Counted from the first letter of the stretch, positions 1 through 10,460 are shown. The stretch: DNA of 64,000 nt from Candidatus Chisholmbacteria bacterium RIFCSPHIGHO2_01_FULL_52_32 (GCA_001816585.1 MHCJ01000006.1:64040-128039), one strand, 5' to 3'. A program made the numbers and translations. The notes: generated by a model not told the origin, from the sequence alone.

Positions 1-2190
1 ACAAAAAAGCTGCTGAGTGTCCAAGTTCACATCAGAAAAACCAAACCCCAAAGAAGAATTCCTGCAAAAGCTGTGGTCATTTCACTCGCAGCGTTCACAC
101 TCTTAACCGGAATAATCATATTTCTCCTCGGCGGAATACTCAAAGACCTTCCCAGTCCAGACAGACTCAAGGACCGCAAGCAAATTGTATCAACGAAGAT
201 TTATGATCGAAACGGAAATCTGCTCTTCAAGATTTTCAAGAACGAAAACCGAACGCTCGACGATTTGGAAGACATCCCTCCCTTCCTCATTCAAGCCACC
301 ATCGCCATAGAAGATAAGGACTTCTACAAACACCCGGGGTACTCATATAAAGGTATCTTGAGGGCAATACGTGATATGGTAAAAACTGGGAACCTCCAGA
401 GCGGATCAACCATCACGCAGCAACTCGTTAAAAATGCGCTCCTTTCAAAAGAAAAGACCGTAAAAAGAAAAGTGAAAGAGATTATTCTTGCAATACTCGT
501 GGAAATGAAATTTACCAAAGACGAAATACTCACAATGTACTTCAACGAAGTCGGATACGGAGGTGCGGCTTATGGAATCGAAGAAGCCGCTCAGATGTAC
601 TTTAATAAACCCGCCCGCGAACTCAATCTTGAAGAAGCCGCTTTGCTCGCCGGACTTCCGGCTGCACCAACTCGTTATTCTCCGTTTGGGACACATCCGG
701 AAACGGCCAAATTCAGACAACACGAAGTGCTTCGAAGAATGGTTGAAGAGGGGTACCTTACGGAAAAACAAGCGGAAAAAGCAAAGGCCGACCAGCTGAT
801 CTTTGCTTCCCAAAAGACGGACATTAAGGCCCCACACTTCGTCATGTATGTAAAATCGCTTCTGGTCGAAAAGTTTGGTGAACAGGTGGTAGAGCAGGGA
901 GGTCTTGAAGTGCAAACATCCTTAGATCTGCAGATCCAAAGACTCGCCGAGGAGGCAGTGGAAAAAGAAGTCAGCCGACTCTCAAACCTCAACATCCAAA
1001 ACGGAGCCGCCCTGGTGACCAATCCGAAAACGGGCGAAATCTTGGCCATGGTAGGGTCAAGAAACTTCTTCGATTTTGAACACGACGGACAGGTAAACGT
1101 CACCATCCGCCCCCGTCAACCGGGGAGTGTCATCAAACCGATAAATTACGCCGTGGCGTTGGAGGGGGGGATGACAGCGGCAACCCTGCTTACCGACAGT
1201 CCGATTACGTATCAAATCCCGGGCCAGCCGCCATACTCACCAAAAAATTACGATGGGAAATACCATGGGAAAGTGAGCCTCCGTGAAGCACTGGCAAACT
1301 CATACAACATCCCTGCGGTTAAAACGCTTGCCGTCTTTGGAGTGGAAAAAATGGTGGAAAAAGGGAAGGCTATGGGAATTACAACCTGGGATAGTCCAAG
1401 CCGTTACGGCCTGTCGCTTACGCTCGGGGGTGGTGAGGTCAAAATGGTGGATCTCGCAGTTGCCTATGCTTCACTCGCCAATGCCGGGAATAGAATCGAC
1501 CTTGCTCCCATCCTCAAAATATCGGATGGTAAGGGCCGTGTACTCTTCAAATACGCCTGTGACAACTTCCAATCACCAAACGAGAAGGCAAAACCCATTG
1601 AAGAAGTTGTCTGCAATCCCAAACCGGTGGTAAAACCGGAAGTCGCCTTTATTGAAACGAGCATTCTTGCAGATAACATCGCCCGGTCGCGAGCATTCGG
1701 ACGACGCTCGGTCCTCAACATTCCTGGGCATGAAGTGGCGGTGAAAACCGGGACAACCCAAAATCTCCGGGATAACTGGACAATCGGGTATACCGACGAC
1801 GTTCTCGTGTCCTCCTGGGTGGGAAACAACGACAATACTCAAATGAGCTATGTAGCCTCAGGCATCACGGGGGCATCTCCTATTTGGAGTACCATCATGA
1901 CTACGCTTCTTGCAGAAAAGCCCCCTCACCGGTTCGAGACACCCCAAACCATTGCCAGAGTTGCCGTCTGCCATACCACCGGTACATTACCCTGCGAAGG
2001 CTGCCCGCAATACTTCGAATACTTCATTCCTGGGACACAACCAACCAACGCTTGCCTGCCGAAAACGGAAGGTGAAGAAGAAGGAGGCAAAGCCCTCACG
2101 GAAAAGGAGGACAAAGTCCAGGTAAAAAAACCAAAAGACGAAAAATTTGGCAGAATTCTTGGAGGAACCAACGCCAGACCGGCACTCTAA
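1..2190 (+). CDS. Class A penicillin-binding protein (transglycosylase/transpeptidase), probably 5'-truncated by the window edge
   Basis: Transglycosylase motifs EDKDFYKH and GSTITQQLVK; transpeptidase SxxK (SVIK), SxN (SYN) and KTG motifs. The frame is open from base 1; the ORF track starts it at 73. Confidence 0.93.
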   Translation, partial: TKKLLSVQVHIRKTKPQRRIPAKAVVISLAAFTLLTGIIIFLLGGILKDLPSPDRLKDRKQIVSTKIYDRNGNLLFKIFKNENRTLDDLEDIPPFLIQATIAIEDKDFYKHPGYSYKGILRAIRDMVKTGNLQSGSTITQQLVKNALLSKEKTVKRKVKEIILAILVEMKFTKDEILTMYFNEVGYGGAAYGIEEAAQMYFNKPARELNLEEAALLAGLPAAPTRYSPFGTHPETAKFRQHEVLRRMVEEGYLTEKQAEKAKADQLIFASQKTDIKAPHFVMYVKSLLVEKFGEQVVEQGGLEVQTSLDLQIQRLAEEAVEKEVSRLSNLNIQNGAALVTNPKTGEILAMVGSRNFFDFEHDGQVNVTIRPRQPGSVIKPINYAVALEGGMTAATLLTDSPITYQIPGQPPYSPKNYDGKYHGKVSLREALANSYNIPAVKTLAVFGVEKMVEKGKAMGITTWDSPSRYGLSLTLGGGEVKMVDLAVAYASLANAGNRIDLAPILKISDGKGRVLFKYACDNFQSPNEKAKPIEEVVCNPKPVVKPEVAFIETSILADNIARSRAFGRRSVLNIPGHEVAVKTGTTQNLRDNWTIGYTDDVLVSSWVGNNDNTQMSYVASGITGASPIWSTIMTTLLAEKPPHRFETPQTIARVAVCHTTGTLPCEGCPQYFEYFIPGTQPTNACLPKTEGEEEGGKALTEKEDKVQVKKPKDEKFGRILGGTNARPAL

Positions 2191-2245
2191 GTCAGCTGAA
2201 ATCCCCTGTATTTCAATTATGGTGAATATGAAAGAATGGTGACCC

Positions 2246-2479
2246 TTAACGAGAGCGTGTCCATGTGGAAGGCCCGAAAAACTCACTGAACCAGGCAGGG
2301 ATGCGCCGCTGGATCCAAAAAAGCAGTGAAAGACCAACCGTCAGAAGAAACAGGATAATGATTGCCCGTCTTCCTCCCCGATCCTCCCCGGACTTTTTTT
2401 CAATGGAGGGGGAACGCCCCCCCGAGGTCCCAATCGGTAACTTGGATGGCAAACCCGAAGGAATTCTCTCCGCTCCCAT
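2246..2479 (-). CDS. Small single-TM hypothetical protein
   Basis: 77 aa ORF with one hydrophobic helix, 7 bp downstream of the previous minus-strand gene. Confidence 0.55.
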   Translation of the reverse strand: MGAERIPSGLPSKLPIGTSGGRSPSIEKKSGEDRGGRRAIIILFLLTVGLSLLFWIQRRIPAWFSEFFGPSTWTRSR

Positions 2480-2486
2480 ACCGTCC

Positions 2487-2765
2487 TTAAATCTGTATTT
2501 TTATCCCGCCGTACTTCCGTGCAATACGGTTGTAAAGCCAAACAGAAACGGCAACCGTCGCACCCCCAAACAACACATAGAGCGCCGCCCCCACAAGAAG
2601 AACAAAACCTCCCACAAGGAATTCGACAACGCTGAAGTTCCCTCGAAGCAAAGCCAGCAACTCAGCCCCTAAAAAAACAAGAGTGATAGTGCCGACCACC
2701 GCACCATAGAATAGGAGTCCAAAGCGAAATGCACTACGAAGATCAATGGACTTGATTTCCTTCAA
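2487..2765 (-). CDS. Two-TM membrane protein (DUF3566-like)
   Basis: N-terminal IKSIDLRSAFRFG and C-terminal LYNRIARKYGGIKI pattern; start overlaps the cmk stop. Confidence 0.65.
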   Translation of the reverse strand: MKEIKSIDLRSAFRFGLLFYGAVVGTITLVFLGAELLALLRGNFSVVEFLVGGFVLLVGAALYVLFGGATVAVSVWLYNRIARKYGGIKIQI

Positions 2766-3490
2766 ACCTCCTCACCTCCGCTCAAAAGACCGCTTTTTTC
2801 TATCTTGTCTACTATTCTCTCAACAACCTGCTGAATCGTCAAATCGGAAGTGTCCAAAACCCACGCTCCGTGCGCAACCCGAAGTGGATCCGCTTTTCGA
2901 GCGCTGTCCTGCTCATCCCGCCGGCGTAAATCCGCAAGCACCTTCTTGTACGAAAGCCCAATCCCCCGCTCACGGAGTTGTTGTTGGCGCCGACGCGCTC
3001 GCACCTCGGGACTGGCGGTGAGAAAAATGCGAAAAGGGGCATCGGGGAGGACCCGCGTGGTAATATCTCGTCCTTCCATGACCACGCTCTGACCAGCCAC
3101 CATCTCCCGTTGTCTTGCCACCAAAATCGCTCGTACTTCTGGGTGTTGAGAAATAATCGAAGCTCCCAGGCCAACTGCTTCACCGCGGATCTTCCAGGAA
3201 ACGTCCTCGCCGTTGAGCAGAACGGTAGTCAAACGCCCATCCTGCTCCTCCAAAGTCGGTGGCCGAATCTCGATCCTTGCTTGGGAAAGAAGCGTAACAA
3301 CCGAAGAGGAATCCTCCAAGGGAATCCCCGATGACTGCGCCAACAAAGCAGCTGAGCGGTACATCGCACCGGTATCGACATAGACAATTCCTAGTCGTTC
3401 TGCCAAGGATCGGGCCACCGTTCCCTTGCCGGCAGAAACCGGCCCATCAATGGCAATTTGTAAAGGACGAGAAGGACGTTTCATCACCAC
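2762..3490 (-). CDS. cmk: Cytidylate kinase
   Basis: IAIDGPVSAGKGT P-loop; DTGAMYR, VMEGRDI and RDEQDSAR motifs. Confidence 0.95.
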   Translation of the reverse strand: MVMKRPSRPLQIAIDGPVSAGKGTVARSLAERLGIVYVDTGAMYRSAALLAQSSGIPLEDSSSVVTLLSQARIEIRPPTLEEQDGRLTTVLLNGEDVSWKIRGEAVGLGASIISQHPEVRAILVARQREMVAGQSVVMEGRDITTRVLPDAPFRIFLTASPEVRARRRQQQLRERGIGLSYKKVLADLRRRDEQDSARKADPLRVAHGAWVLDTSDLTIQQVVERIVDKIEKSGLLSGGEEV

Positions 3491-3654
3491 TTTCCATCAA
3501 ATCAGAATCGCGCGCTACTCAATGGATAACAAAAATCCAACCTTCAGTAAAGAAGATGGAAAGATCAGAAGTCCGACCAGAAAACCTTCGGCCGAGAAGA
3601 AGCACCTCTCTTCGCCTCCCTACGGTAGAACGGGAAGTAAAACAATATCCTGCC

Positions 3655-3840
3655 TTACTTCTTTTTCTCAGAAACACCAAATCCCACCAACTTAAACAAC
3701 CCAAGAAAAATGAAAATAATCGGCCAAAAACGCCAAGTATCCGCTGGCAAAACTCCCAGGTTCACGAGTAGAACCGCCGTTCCCGCAAGAATGATAAAAA
3801 CTGGCCAAAAAAGTCCACCCTCATTCATCTCAGAAAGCAC
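3655..3840 (-). CDS. Small membrane protein, LiaI/LiaF-like TM domain (DUF5668-like)
   Basis: LLVNLGVL...WRFWPIIFIFLGL pattern; GAGGTG RBS upstream. Confidence 0.65.
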   Translation of the reverse strand: MLSEMNEGGLFWPVFIILAGTAVLLVNLGVLPADTWRFWPIIFIFLGLFKLVGFGVSEKKK

Positions 3841-4014
3841 AAGCGTTCACCTCCTCTCAAACAAAACGCCTGCGTTCTCTCAAACCCTTTCGGAAAATCG
3901 ACCTCCGTAGAAGGGCAGGAACGCTCAGTATCCCCTCCGTAATAAAAACCTCAACAACATTAAGCGTAGCAAAGCACCCCTGAAAGGTCAAGACGAAGAA
4001 GAATCGACTTGGGC

Positions 4015-4980
4015 TCACCGCCGTGTAATAGGCGATTTACCCTCAAGCTGACTCCGGTATAACAAACCGCGTTTAGCCGACAGAAACTGAAGCACCCCCT
4101 CGGCATTACGACTACCCCAAGACGCAGCTTCTACTAAGGACTTCTGAAGGATAAGTCCTGCCACAAAACCGCTCCCGAATGCATCCCCTGCTCCAACGCT
4201 GGAAACCTTGGGTTTCTTCGACCCGGAATAGAAGAAACACTCTCCCTTTCCGCAAACCTTGCCACCAAGCTCTCCAGCAGTAATCACACTAGTTGCTGGA
4301 CCAACCAGGCATGCCTTCGAACGAAATACCTTGGTGTCCGAAAAATCGATGTGGGTAAGCCGGGTGGCTTCCTCCCGATTCATCAAAAGGACCTCGACAT
4401 GAGGAAGAAGGGGAAGCAGCCGCTCTCGCAAATCAATCTCACCATTCCCCGGATTAAGGGCAACCCGAATGCCCTGCTTCTTCGCAAAGGAAACGAGCTC
4501 CTCCAACAGTCCCATCCGCCCCCCCAAAGAAGAAATGTGAAGCCAGCGGGTGTGAAGCTGTTTCCAGGGAATATCCTTATGGGTCAGCATGCGGCTCGCC
4601 CCCCGATAGGTGACGATGGCCCGCCCCCCCTCACCGGAAACGAGGATCACCGAAATAGCGGTCTCCTCTCCCTCCTCAACCACGAGGTGTCGCGTATCGA
4701 CCCCCTCCCGCACGAGCTCCGAGGCAACCATCTTCCCCGCAAGATCCCTGCCCATCTCGGCAATCACCGCGGTCCGGAGGCCTTTCCTTGAAAATGAAAC
4801 GGCGTTATTTGTCCCTCCCCCGCCGGATACGATCTCGATTTCCGACGCCTCAATCTTTCCTTCATAAGGTTCGCAAATGGCAACACCCCCGTCAAAGTTC
4901 TTGGACGCAAGCAGTTTATAGGACCGTGATTTCACAAAAACATCCAAAACCGCTGATCCTACCGTAACGACATCGTACAT
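4015..4980 (-). CDS. PfkB family carbohydrate kinase
   Basis: GSAVLD, GGGGTNNA, NREEA and GAGDAFGSGF motifs. Confidence 0.92.
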   Translation of the reverse strand: MYDVVTVGSAVLDVFVKSRSYKLLASKNFDGGVAICEPYEGKIEASEIEIVSGGGGTNNAVSFSRKGLRTAVIAEMGRDLAGKMVASELVREGVDTRHLVVEEGEETAISVILVSGEGGRAIVTYRGASRMLTHKDIPWKQLHTRWLHISSLGGRMGLLEELVSFAKKQGIRVALNPGNGEIDLRERLLPLLPHVEVLLMNREEATRLTHIDFSDTKVFRSKACLVGPATSVITAGELGGKVCGKGECFFYSGSKKPKVSSVGAGDAFGSGFVAGLILQKSLVEAASWGSRNAEGVLQFLSAKRGLLYRSQLEGKSPITRR

Positions 4981-5009
4981 ACGCTCCCAAAAGAATTCGT
5001 TTACCGCTC

Positions 5010-5642
5010 TTATCGATGGTATCGGTATTTAATATCGGCCCGATTTTGGCAGACGTCACACTTCTCGGGATCATGGGCCTGCATCTCGCGCTCAAAACGA
5101 CTGACCGCATCCAGAACCTCCTCCGGTGTCTGGACAATGGTGTACACCCGCTCCTCTGTTCCCCGCATAAAGAAATTCCGCATCAAAACATGCATCACCT
5201 CATACCAGAAATCCCCAAAAAGAATGAAGGGTTTATGATGCCCGAAGTAAAGTCTCGCCAGGACCCAAGCGGTACCGAGCTCACTGATCGTTCCGGTGCC
5301 ACCCTTAAAAATGATATAAACATCCGCCTCCTCCAAAAGCTTAAACATCCGCTCAACATAATTCCCGGTGACGATCTCTCGGTCAACGATGTTCGCAATA
5401 TATCGGCCTTCAAATCCAGGAGCGTCATCGGGATAGAAAGTCACCGCTTCCGTCCTGCCCCCACCTTCTTCAGCGCCTTTGGTTGAAGCCTCCATGACCC
5501 CGGGCCCGCCGCCATTGACGACGGTGTACCCTTGCGAAGCCAGCATCTTTGCGGTTCGAAATGCATCTTTGTAAAGTCTGCTTCCGGGCTTAGCGTCGGC
5601 ATAGCCAAAAAATGCCACTTTCTTAATGAATCTCTTTCTCAT
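5010..5642 (-). CDS. LOG family nucleotide-binding protein
   Basis: NGGGPGVMEA and GGTGTISEL motifs. Confidence 0.88.
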   Translation of the reverse strand: MRKRFIKKVAFFGYADAKPGSRLYKDAFRTAKMLASQGYTVVNGGGPGVMEASTKGAEEGGGRTEAVTFYPDDAPGFEGRYIANIVDREIVTGNYVERMFKLLEEADVYIIFKGGTGTISELGTAWVLARLYFGHHKPFILFGDFWYEVMHVLMRNFFMRGTEERVYTIVQTPEEVLDAVSRFEREMQAHDPEKCDVCQNRADIKYRYHR

Positions 5643-6268
5643 TGAACCGCCTTTGAAAGATTCGCGATAGCCTTCCCGATATCTTTACTCTCCCATAAAA
5701 AGTTCCCGACTGCAAACTCCGTGGCCCCCTCCGAAACAAGCTGCTTAACAACCGAAGGGGTGATCCCGCCATCCACGCAAATTGGAAGGTCCGGCCGGAG
5801 AGCCTTGACTTCCGCGATCTTCCCGAACACCCGCTCATCAAATAGTTGTCCGCTCCGTCCGGCGGGAACGGACATCAACAGCACCGAATCAAGATCAGCA
5901 ATGCTCCTTTCGATCGCCACGATGGGAGTCGGCAGATCAACGGCAAGCCCAACTTCCATTCCGAGGGAAAAGCCGTACTCGATAAACGCCCGCGAGTCTC
6001 GCATGTGCTCGACATGTCCGAACACCCTACTCGCTCCGGCCAGATCGCAACGATTCAGGTAGGCGATGGGTTCGCCAACCATAAGCTGGACATCCAAAGA
6101 AAGAGCACTCGAAATTTGCTCCAAAGCCTCAACCCCGACGGAAACCTCGGCAGAAAATGCCCGCCCGACAATATCAATCTGAATACGATCAACCAGTTGG
6201 TCAACCCGGGCACATTTCTCAAGAAGCTCCGTAACGTTTGTAGCAAGGATCGCTGGGATTATCCGCAT
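5639..6268 (-). CDS. rpe: Ribulose-phosphate 3-epimerase
   Basis: IIPAIL, LLMSVPAGRSGQ and VDGGI motifs; adjacent to rpiB. Confidence 0.88.
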   Translation of the reverse strand: MRIIPAILATNVTELLEKCARVDQLVDRIQIDIVGRAFSAEVSVGVEALEQISSALSLDVQLMVGEPIAYLNRCDLAGASRVFGHVEHMRDSRAFIEYGFSLGMEVGLAVDLPTPIVAIERSIADLDSVLLMSVPAGRSGQLFDERVFGKIAEVKALRPDLPICVDGGITPSVVKQLVSEGATEFAVGNFLWESKDIGKAIANLSKAVQ

Positions 6269-6355
6269 GTGCTGCTCGATAACCTATCGAGAAAACGATA
6301 GGCAGGAAAATCACAAACCAAAAATAGTCAAGGTAAAAAGGAACGATAAATTCAC

Positions 6356-6811
6356 TTAAGCCTTAAACACCATCCGTTCAAGTGCTTCGATCTTGCGAAG
6401 CCTCCGAAGATACTTCCGATCGCGCTTGGGAGAAGCATCAAGCCATGCGGAGATGATCTTTGTTGCCTGCCCGAAAGAAACCTCATCTGCCGGCAAGGCA
6501 ATGATATTGGCGTGATCATCACTCTTGGCATGGGCTGCCCGCCGCTCGTCAGACACTTCAACCGCCCGAATACCCCTCACTTTATTGGCAACCAACGCCA
6601 TTCCTCCCGAACCACAAAGAAGGATCCCCACATCATCGCTTCCCGCGACTCTTGAGGCAACCGCAAACGCAAAATCGGGGAAATCATCCTCGGGATCATA
6701 GACGGCATTCCCGAGATCAACGACGGCTGGCTGCGTATCCGTCAGCCAGCGCTTGATCTTCTCCTTAAGTTGAAAACCACGATGGTCACTCCCAAGATAA
6801 ATTCTCATCAA
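6356..6811 (-). CDS. rpiB: Ribose-5-phosphate isomerase B
   Basis: GSDHRGFQLK, GILLCGSG and ANKVRGIRA motifs. Confidence 0.92.
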   Translation of the reverse strand: MMRIYLGSDHRGFQLKEKIKRWLTDTQPAVVDLGNAVYDPEDDFPDFAFAVASRVAGSDDVGILLCGSGGMALVANKVRGIRAVEVSDERRAAHAKSDDHANIIALPADEVSFGQATKIISAWLDASPKRDRKYLRRLRKIEALERMVFKA

Positions 6812-6837
6812 ACGACAATCGCACCATTGGATAACAG

Positions 6838-7110
6838 CTAAAACAAAGGGTTGCCAAAAGCAGTAATGGCCAACACACTATGAAAAAGAACCGAAGCAAA
6901 GAAGATGTACCAGAAGACGCAATGACGCGCATAATACCAACGGTACCAGGGTTGCTTGAGCATACCCTCAACGAATCGATGCCCAACCAAACAACGACAA
7001 GAGAAAAACACCAGAGAAAGGGAGAGGAGGTTGAGAATTCCGAAAACGTACACCAACTTGCCGGCGAGCAAAGGATCAAACATGATAAAAAAGAGTTTAA
7101 AAGATACCAC
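6838..7110 (-). CDS. Small membrane protein
   Basis: 90 aa hydrophobic ORF with SCRC and two His residues in or near helices; co-oriented with rpiB. Confidence 0.6.
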   Translation of the reverse strand: MVSFKLFFIMFDPLLAGKLVYVFGILNLLSLSLVFFSCRCLVGHRFVEGMLKQPWYRWYYARHCVFWYIFFASVLFHSVLAITAFGNPLF

Positions 7111-7192
7111 CCCTTAAATCAAGAGGCAGGCAAACACGCTGGAAAGCAAACCTTCCTTGCACCCGACGCAGCGACTTGATACCATCAAAGGT

Positions 7193-7609
7193 ATGAGATA
7201 CATCCTAAAGAGCCATCGTTTTGTCATCACAATTATCATCCTCATCTTCATGACGATCGTCTTTGGGTTCCTCATCGTCCCCATTGAAATATCTGACCCG
7301 ACGACAACCTTCCGAAACGCCGAAGATGGTCTCTGGTGGTCCTTTACGACCGTTACCGGAGTTGGCTTCGGTGACTACTACCCGGTGACAACCACAGGAA
7401 GAATAATCGGGGTCATACTGGAAACGATCGGGGTCACAATATTTGGTCTTATCATTGCTATTCTGACAATAAACCTCTACCGCGACGAACAACAGTTCTA
7501 TTGGAGACGGATGACCGAGCGTTTCGATCGAATTGAAGAAAAGCTGATCAAGCTTGAACAAAAACAAGACTACTCCATCAAAACGAACGAGAAACCCAAA
7601 AAGGGGTGA
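7193..7609 (+). CDS. 2-TM potassium channel family protein (KcsA-like) with variant filter
   Basis: DGLWWSFTTVTGVGFGDYYPVT pore signature between two TM helices; ATG at 7193 preferred over TTG at 7157. Confidence 0.88.
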   Translation: MRYILKSHRFVITIIILIFMTIVFGFLIVPIEISDPTTTFRNAEDGLWWSFTTVTGVGFGDYYPVTTTGRIIGVILETIGVTIFGLIIAILTINLYRDEQQFYWRRMTERFDRIEEKLIKLEQKQDYSIKTNEKPKKG

Positions 7610-7652
7610 ACCCTTAGAGTCCTGTCAGGCGGAAGCCCCCGAAGCACAACCC

Positions 7653-8420
7653 TCACCGTATCTGATACCCCAGCCGGAACGCCCACCCAAACAAATAGGA
7701 GTTCAGATAGCCGTAAGTCAGACGATCGGAGAGAAATAAAACGGTGTTATTAAACAAAAGAAATCCGATAAGAAATAACAAAACCCCCGAAACCTTGCTG
7801 AAAAGACTAAGAAAATGGGCATATCCCCGCAGAAACCCTGGTACCTCGGCAAGGACAAGTGAGACGAAAAGGAAAGGCAACGAAATCCCCAAGGAATAGA
7901 CAAACAGCATAAGGGCTCCGGCCGAAGCGGTGCTGGCAGTTGCGGCAAGCGTCAAAATCGAACCTAGCACGGCGCCAACACAAGGTGTCCAGGCAGTAGC
8001 AAAAACAATTCCCAACAAAAACGCTCGTCCGTACGAAAGATGATCAGCCCATCGCGGTAATCGCAGGGAATGCCCAAGTGAAAGAAAGGGAAGACGAAGA
8101 ACGCCCATGAATTGGAGTGCAAACACCATAATCAACACCCCACCAACCCGCTCCATCCAAACACCGGATTGCCTAAGCCACAAACCGAAAGAAGCGGCCG
8201 TCGTCCCGAGAAGCACAAAGATAAGCGAAAACCCCAGGATATAAGAAAGAGAAGAAAATAGAATCTGCCGCCGATATAAAGAAAGGTTCTTGGAAAAGGC
8301 ATACTCAGATAACGATACGCCGGCGATATACCCAATGTATGCCGGAAGAAGAGGAACAACACACGGAGCAAAGAAGGATACGACACCTCCGGTGAATGCG
8401 ATTAGAAGATTAAGATCCAT
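7653..8420 (-). CDS. ccdA: Cytochrome c biogenesis protein CcdA (DsbD-like TM domain)
   Basis: SFFAPCVVPLLP and WTPCVGAVL cysteine motifs. Confidence 0.92.
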   Translation of the reverse strand: MDLNLLIAFTGGVVSFFAPCVVPLLPAYIGYIAGVSLSEYAFSKNLSLYRRQILFSSLSYILGFSLIFVLLGTTAASFGLWLRQSGVWMERVGGVLIMVFALQFMGVLRLPFLSLGHSLRLPRWADHLSYGRAFLLGIVFATAWTPCVGAVLGSILTLAATASTASAGALMLFVYSLGISLPFLFVSLVLAEVPGFLRGYAHFLSLFSKVSGVLLFLIGFLLFNNTVLFLSDRLTYGYLNSYLFGWAFRLGYQIR

Positions 8421-8506
8421 AACAATTTTCTCTGCGTCCTGTCTTCCGATAGAACGAATGGAATCGAGGTAACGAATAACCGATAAGCTCTGCTCACTAT
8501 CGCAAG

Positions 8507-9478
8507 TTATCTACCGAACGTAAATGCGTGAATCCGAAGCCCAGGATCAACCTCCATTACTAGCATATGCTCTCCGAACGTACCCTTCCATAAGGAATAG
8601 AGATCGTTAGAAGAAATGGTTAAGGACCTGGATTCACTGTCATCAACCATAACCCGAACGGTTCGCGCTCGTGCATCAGGTAAGCTCATTACCAAGTTGA
8701 CCTCAGACGCTTGAAAGACTAACCGAAGCCTTGCTCCTTCACCTGCGGCGGAAAAATCCTCCCCGGTCTCCCAATTCCCCAACAGCTCAACACGATCCCT
8801 TCCCTTTCCCAAATGCGATGAGGTCTGACCGCGACTCGTCATATAGAGCTCGGGCGTCAACGACGGGCCGAATTGAATGCTCCCGGAAGAAGGCTCTTCC
8901 ATAACAGCCGTGTCCGAAATACCAAGGAATTCCTGTATCCTCCGTTCCGTCTCTTCATAAGCGCCTTCTCCGATGTGCTCATAAACGATCTTCCCGTCTC
9001 GATCCACCAAATACTTATGTGGCCAGAAATGGTTGCTGTATGCCGTCCAAATGCGGTAGTCGTTATCCTGGACAACAGGCCATGTGACCCCATACTTCAA
9101 AATAGCTTCTCGAAGATTGCCAATGTCTTTCTCAAACTCGAATTCTGGGGTATGGACACCAATGATAACCAAACCACGGTCCCGATACTTCTCCCACCAA
9201 GCGCGTAAGTAAGGCAACGTCCGCTGACAGTTAATGCAGGAATAGGTCCAAAAATCAACCACCACCACCTTACCCCGGAGTGCCTGAATGGTGAGAGGTT
9301 CCGAATTCAACCACTTTCCGCCGCCGGAAAAGTCGGGAGCAATAACGGGGTCCCGATCGGCAAACTCGCTTGCAACCTTAATAAATCTCATCATTCCTCC
9401 TTGGCCGCCCGGAAAGAAGCGGCTGACGAGAACGGAAAAGACGATGATAGAGAGAATAATCCACAGAGCAATCTTCAT
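8507..9478 (-). CDS. DipZ-like membrane-anchored thioredoxin/redoxin
   Basis: VDFWTYSCINC, GVHTPEF and HIGEGAY motifs; start moved to MKIALW (9478) to avoid overlap with the Crp gene. Confidence 0.9.
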   Translation of the reverse strand: MKIALWIILSIIVFSVLVSRFFPGGQGGMMRFIKVASEFADRDPVIAPDFSGGGKWLNSEPLTIQALRGKVVVVDFWTYSCINCQRTLPYLRAWWEKYRDRGLVIIGVHTPEFEFEKDIGNLREAILKYGVTWPVVQDNDYRIWTAYSNHFWPHKYLVDRDGKIVYEHIGEGAYEETERRIQEFLGISDTAVMEEPSSGSIQFGPSLTPELYMTSRGQTSSHLGKGRDRVELLGNWETGEDFSAAGEGARLRLVFQASEVNLVMSLPDARARTVRVMVDDSESRSLTISSNDLYSLWKGTFGEHMLVMEVDPGLRIHAFTFGR

Positions 9479-9533
9479 CGAACACGGATACGAAAAGGAT
9501 AATGCGAAAACAGGAGAAGGTATGTAACCGCAA

Positions 9534-10202
9534 TCACACTCGAGGCTGAAGCTTTGAGGGAGAAACAAGCAGATTCTTTCCCTCTCGCGCGATAACCCCT
9601 TCCCGCGCCAAAAGGGAGAGCATCTTGGTCACCGTCTCCCGCGACGCACCGATCATATGAGCCAATTCCTCGTGGGTAAAGCGATTCCCGATCCGAACCC
9701 GCTTCCCGGTACCTACCCCATACTTCTGTACCAATTGGCCCAGAAGATGGATCAGCCGATCCCGAACCGACCCGGTTGCCATAATGGTAATCTGCTCCCG
9801 TGCCTCAAAAAGTTGAGACAGCAAGCCTTCAACAACGCGCCTCGCAAGCGTCGGTTGATGGGCAATCATTTCATACAATCGATCTTTGGTGGTAACACAA
9901 AGGAGGGTATCCTCCGTTGCCTCAAGAAACTGGCTCCCTCGTTGCCCGAATCCAACTGCGGCAAAAAAACTTCCTGGTCCGAGCGTTTCAAGGGTGACTT
10001 TCTTTCCCTCTTCGGTAAGGTTGTAGACCTCAACCATTCCGCGTTTAATAAAAAACACCTTATCCTGATCTTCCGGGTCAAACACGATCTGCATCCGTCT
10101 GACCTGCCGCTCTTCTAAAAAAAGCCCCAGCTCATGAAGCTGTTGGTCTGAAAATCCGGAAAAGAGTGAGAATTGCTTAAGGTACCAAAGCTTTCCTTCC
10201 AT
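9534..10202 (-). CDS. Crp/Fnr family transcriptional regulator
   Basis: cNMP-binding-like N-domain and HTH THEELAHMIGASRETVTK. Confidence 0.92.
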   Translation of the reverse strand: MEGKLWYLKQFSLFSGFSDQQLHELGLFLEERQVRRMQIVFDPEDQDKVFFIKRGMVEVYNLTEEGKKVTLETLGPGSFFAAVGFGQRGSQFLEATEDTLLCVTTKDRLYEMIAHQPTLARRVVEGLLSQLFEAREQITIMATGSVRDRLIHLLGQLVQKYGVGTGKRVRIGNRFTHEELAHMIGASRETVTKMLSLLAREGVIAREGKNLLVSPSKLQPRV

Positions 10203-10447
10203 TAAAAAAATCTCCCTTTAAGATACGTCCGATAAAGATAGAACAGGAAAGCGCAAAGGGCAATCCACACCAGAAGATGAATAACGAAATCAAACGGAGT
10301 GAACGGGCGGGGGAAGAAATGAAAGAACCCCACTCGGCAGTAGAGTGATCGAACGAGGGAAACCTCTGTTCCGAATGCAATATACTTATAGCACTGGCTA
10401 AAGCTATAGACCGATAAAAGAACTGCAGCCACAAGAACGTATTTCAT
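10202..10447 (-). CDS. Small hypothetical membrane protein
   Basis: Hydrophobic ORF whose stop overlaps the Crp start; MKYVLV start preferred. Confidence 0.5.
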   Translation of the reverse strand: MKYVLVAAVLLSVYSFSQCYKYIAFGTEVSLVRSLYCRVGFFHFFPRPFTPFDFVIHLLVWIALCAFLFYLYRTYLKGRFF

Positions 10448-10460
10448 AGAAGAAACCTCA

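Noticed and set aside
7176-7188. FNR-like box TTGAT-N3-ATCAA upstream of the K+ channel
   Set aside because: The spacer is 3 nt, not the required 4, so it cannot be tied to the Crp/Fnr gene.
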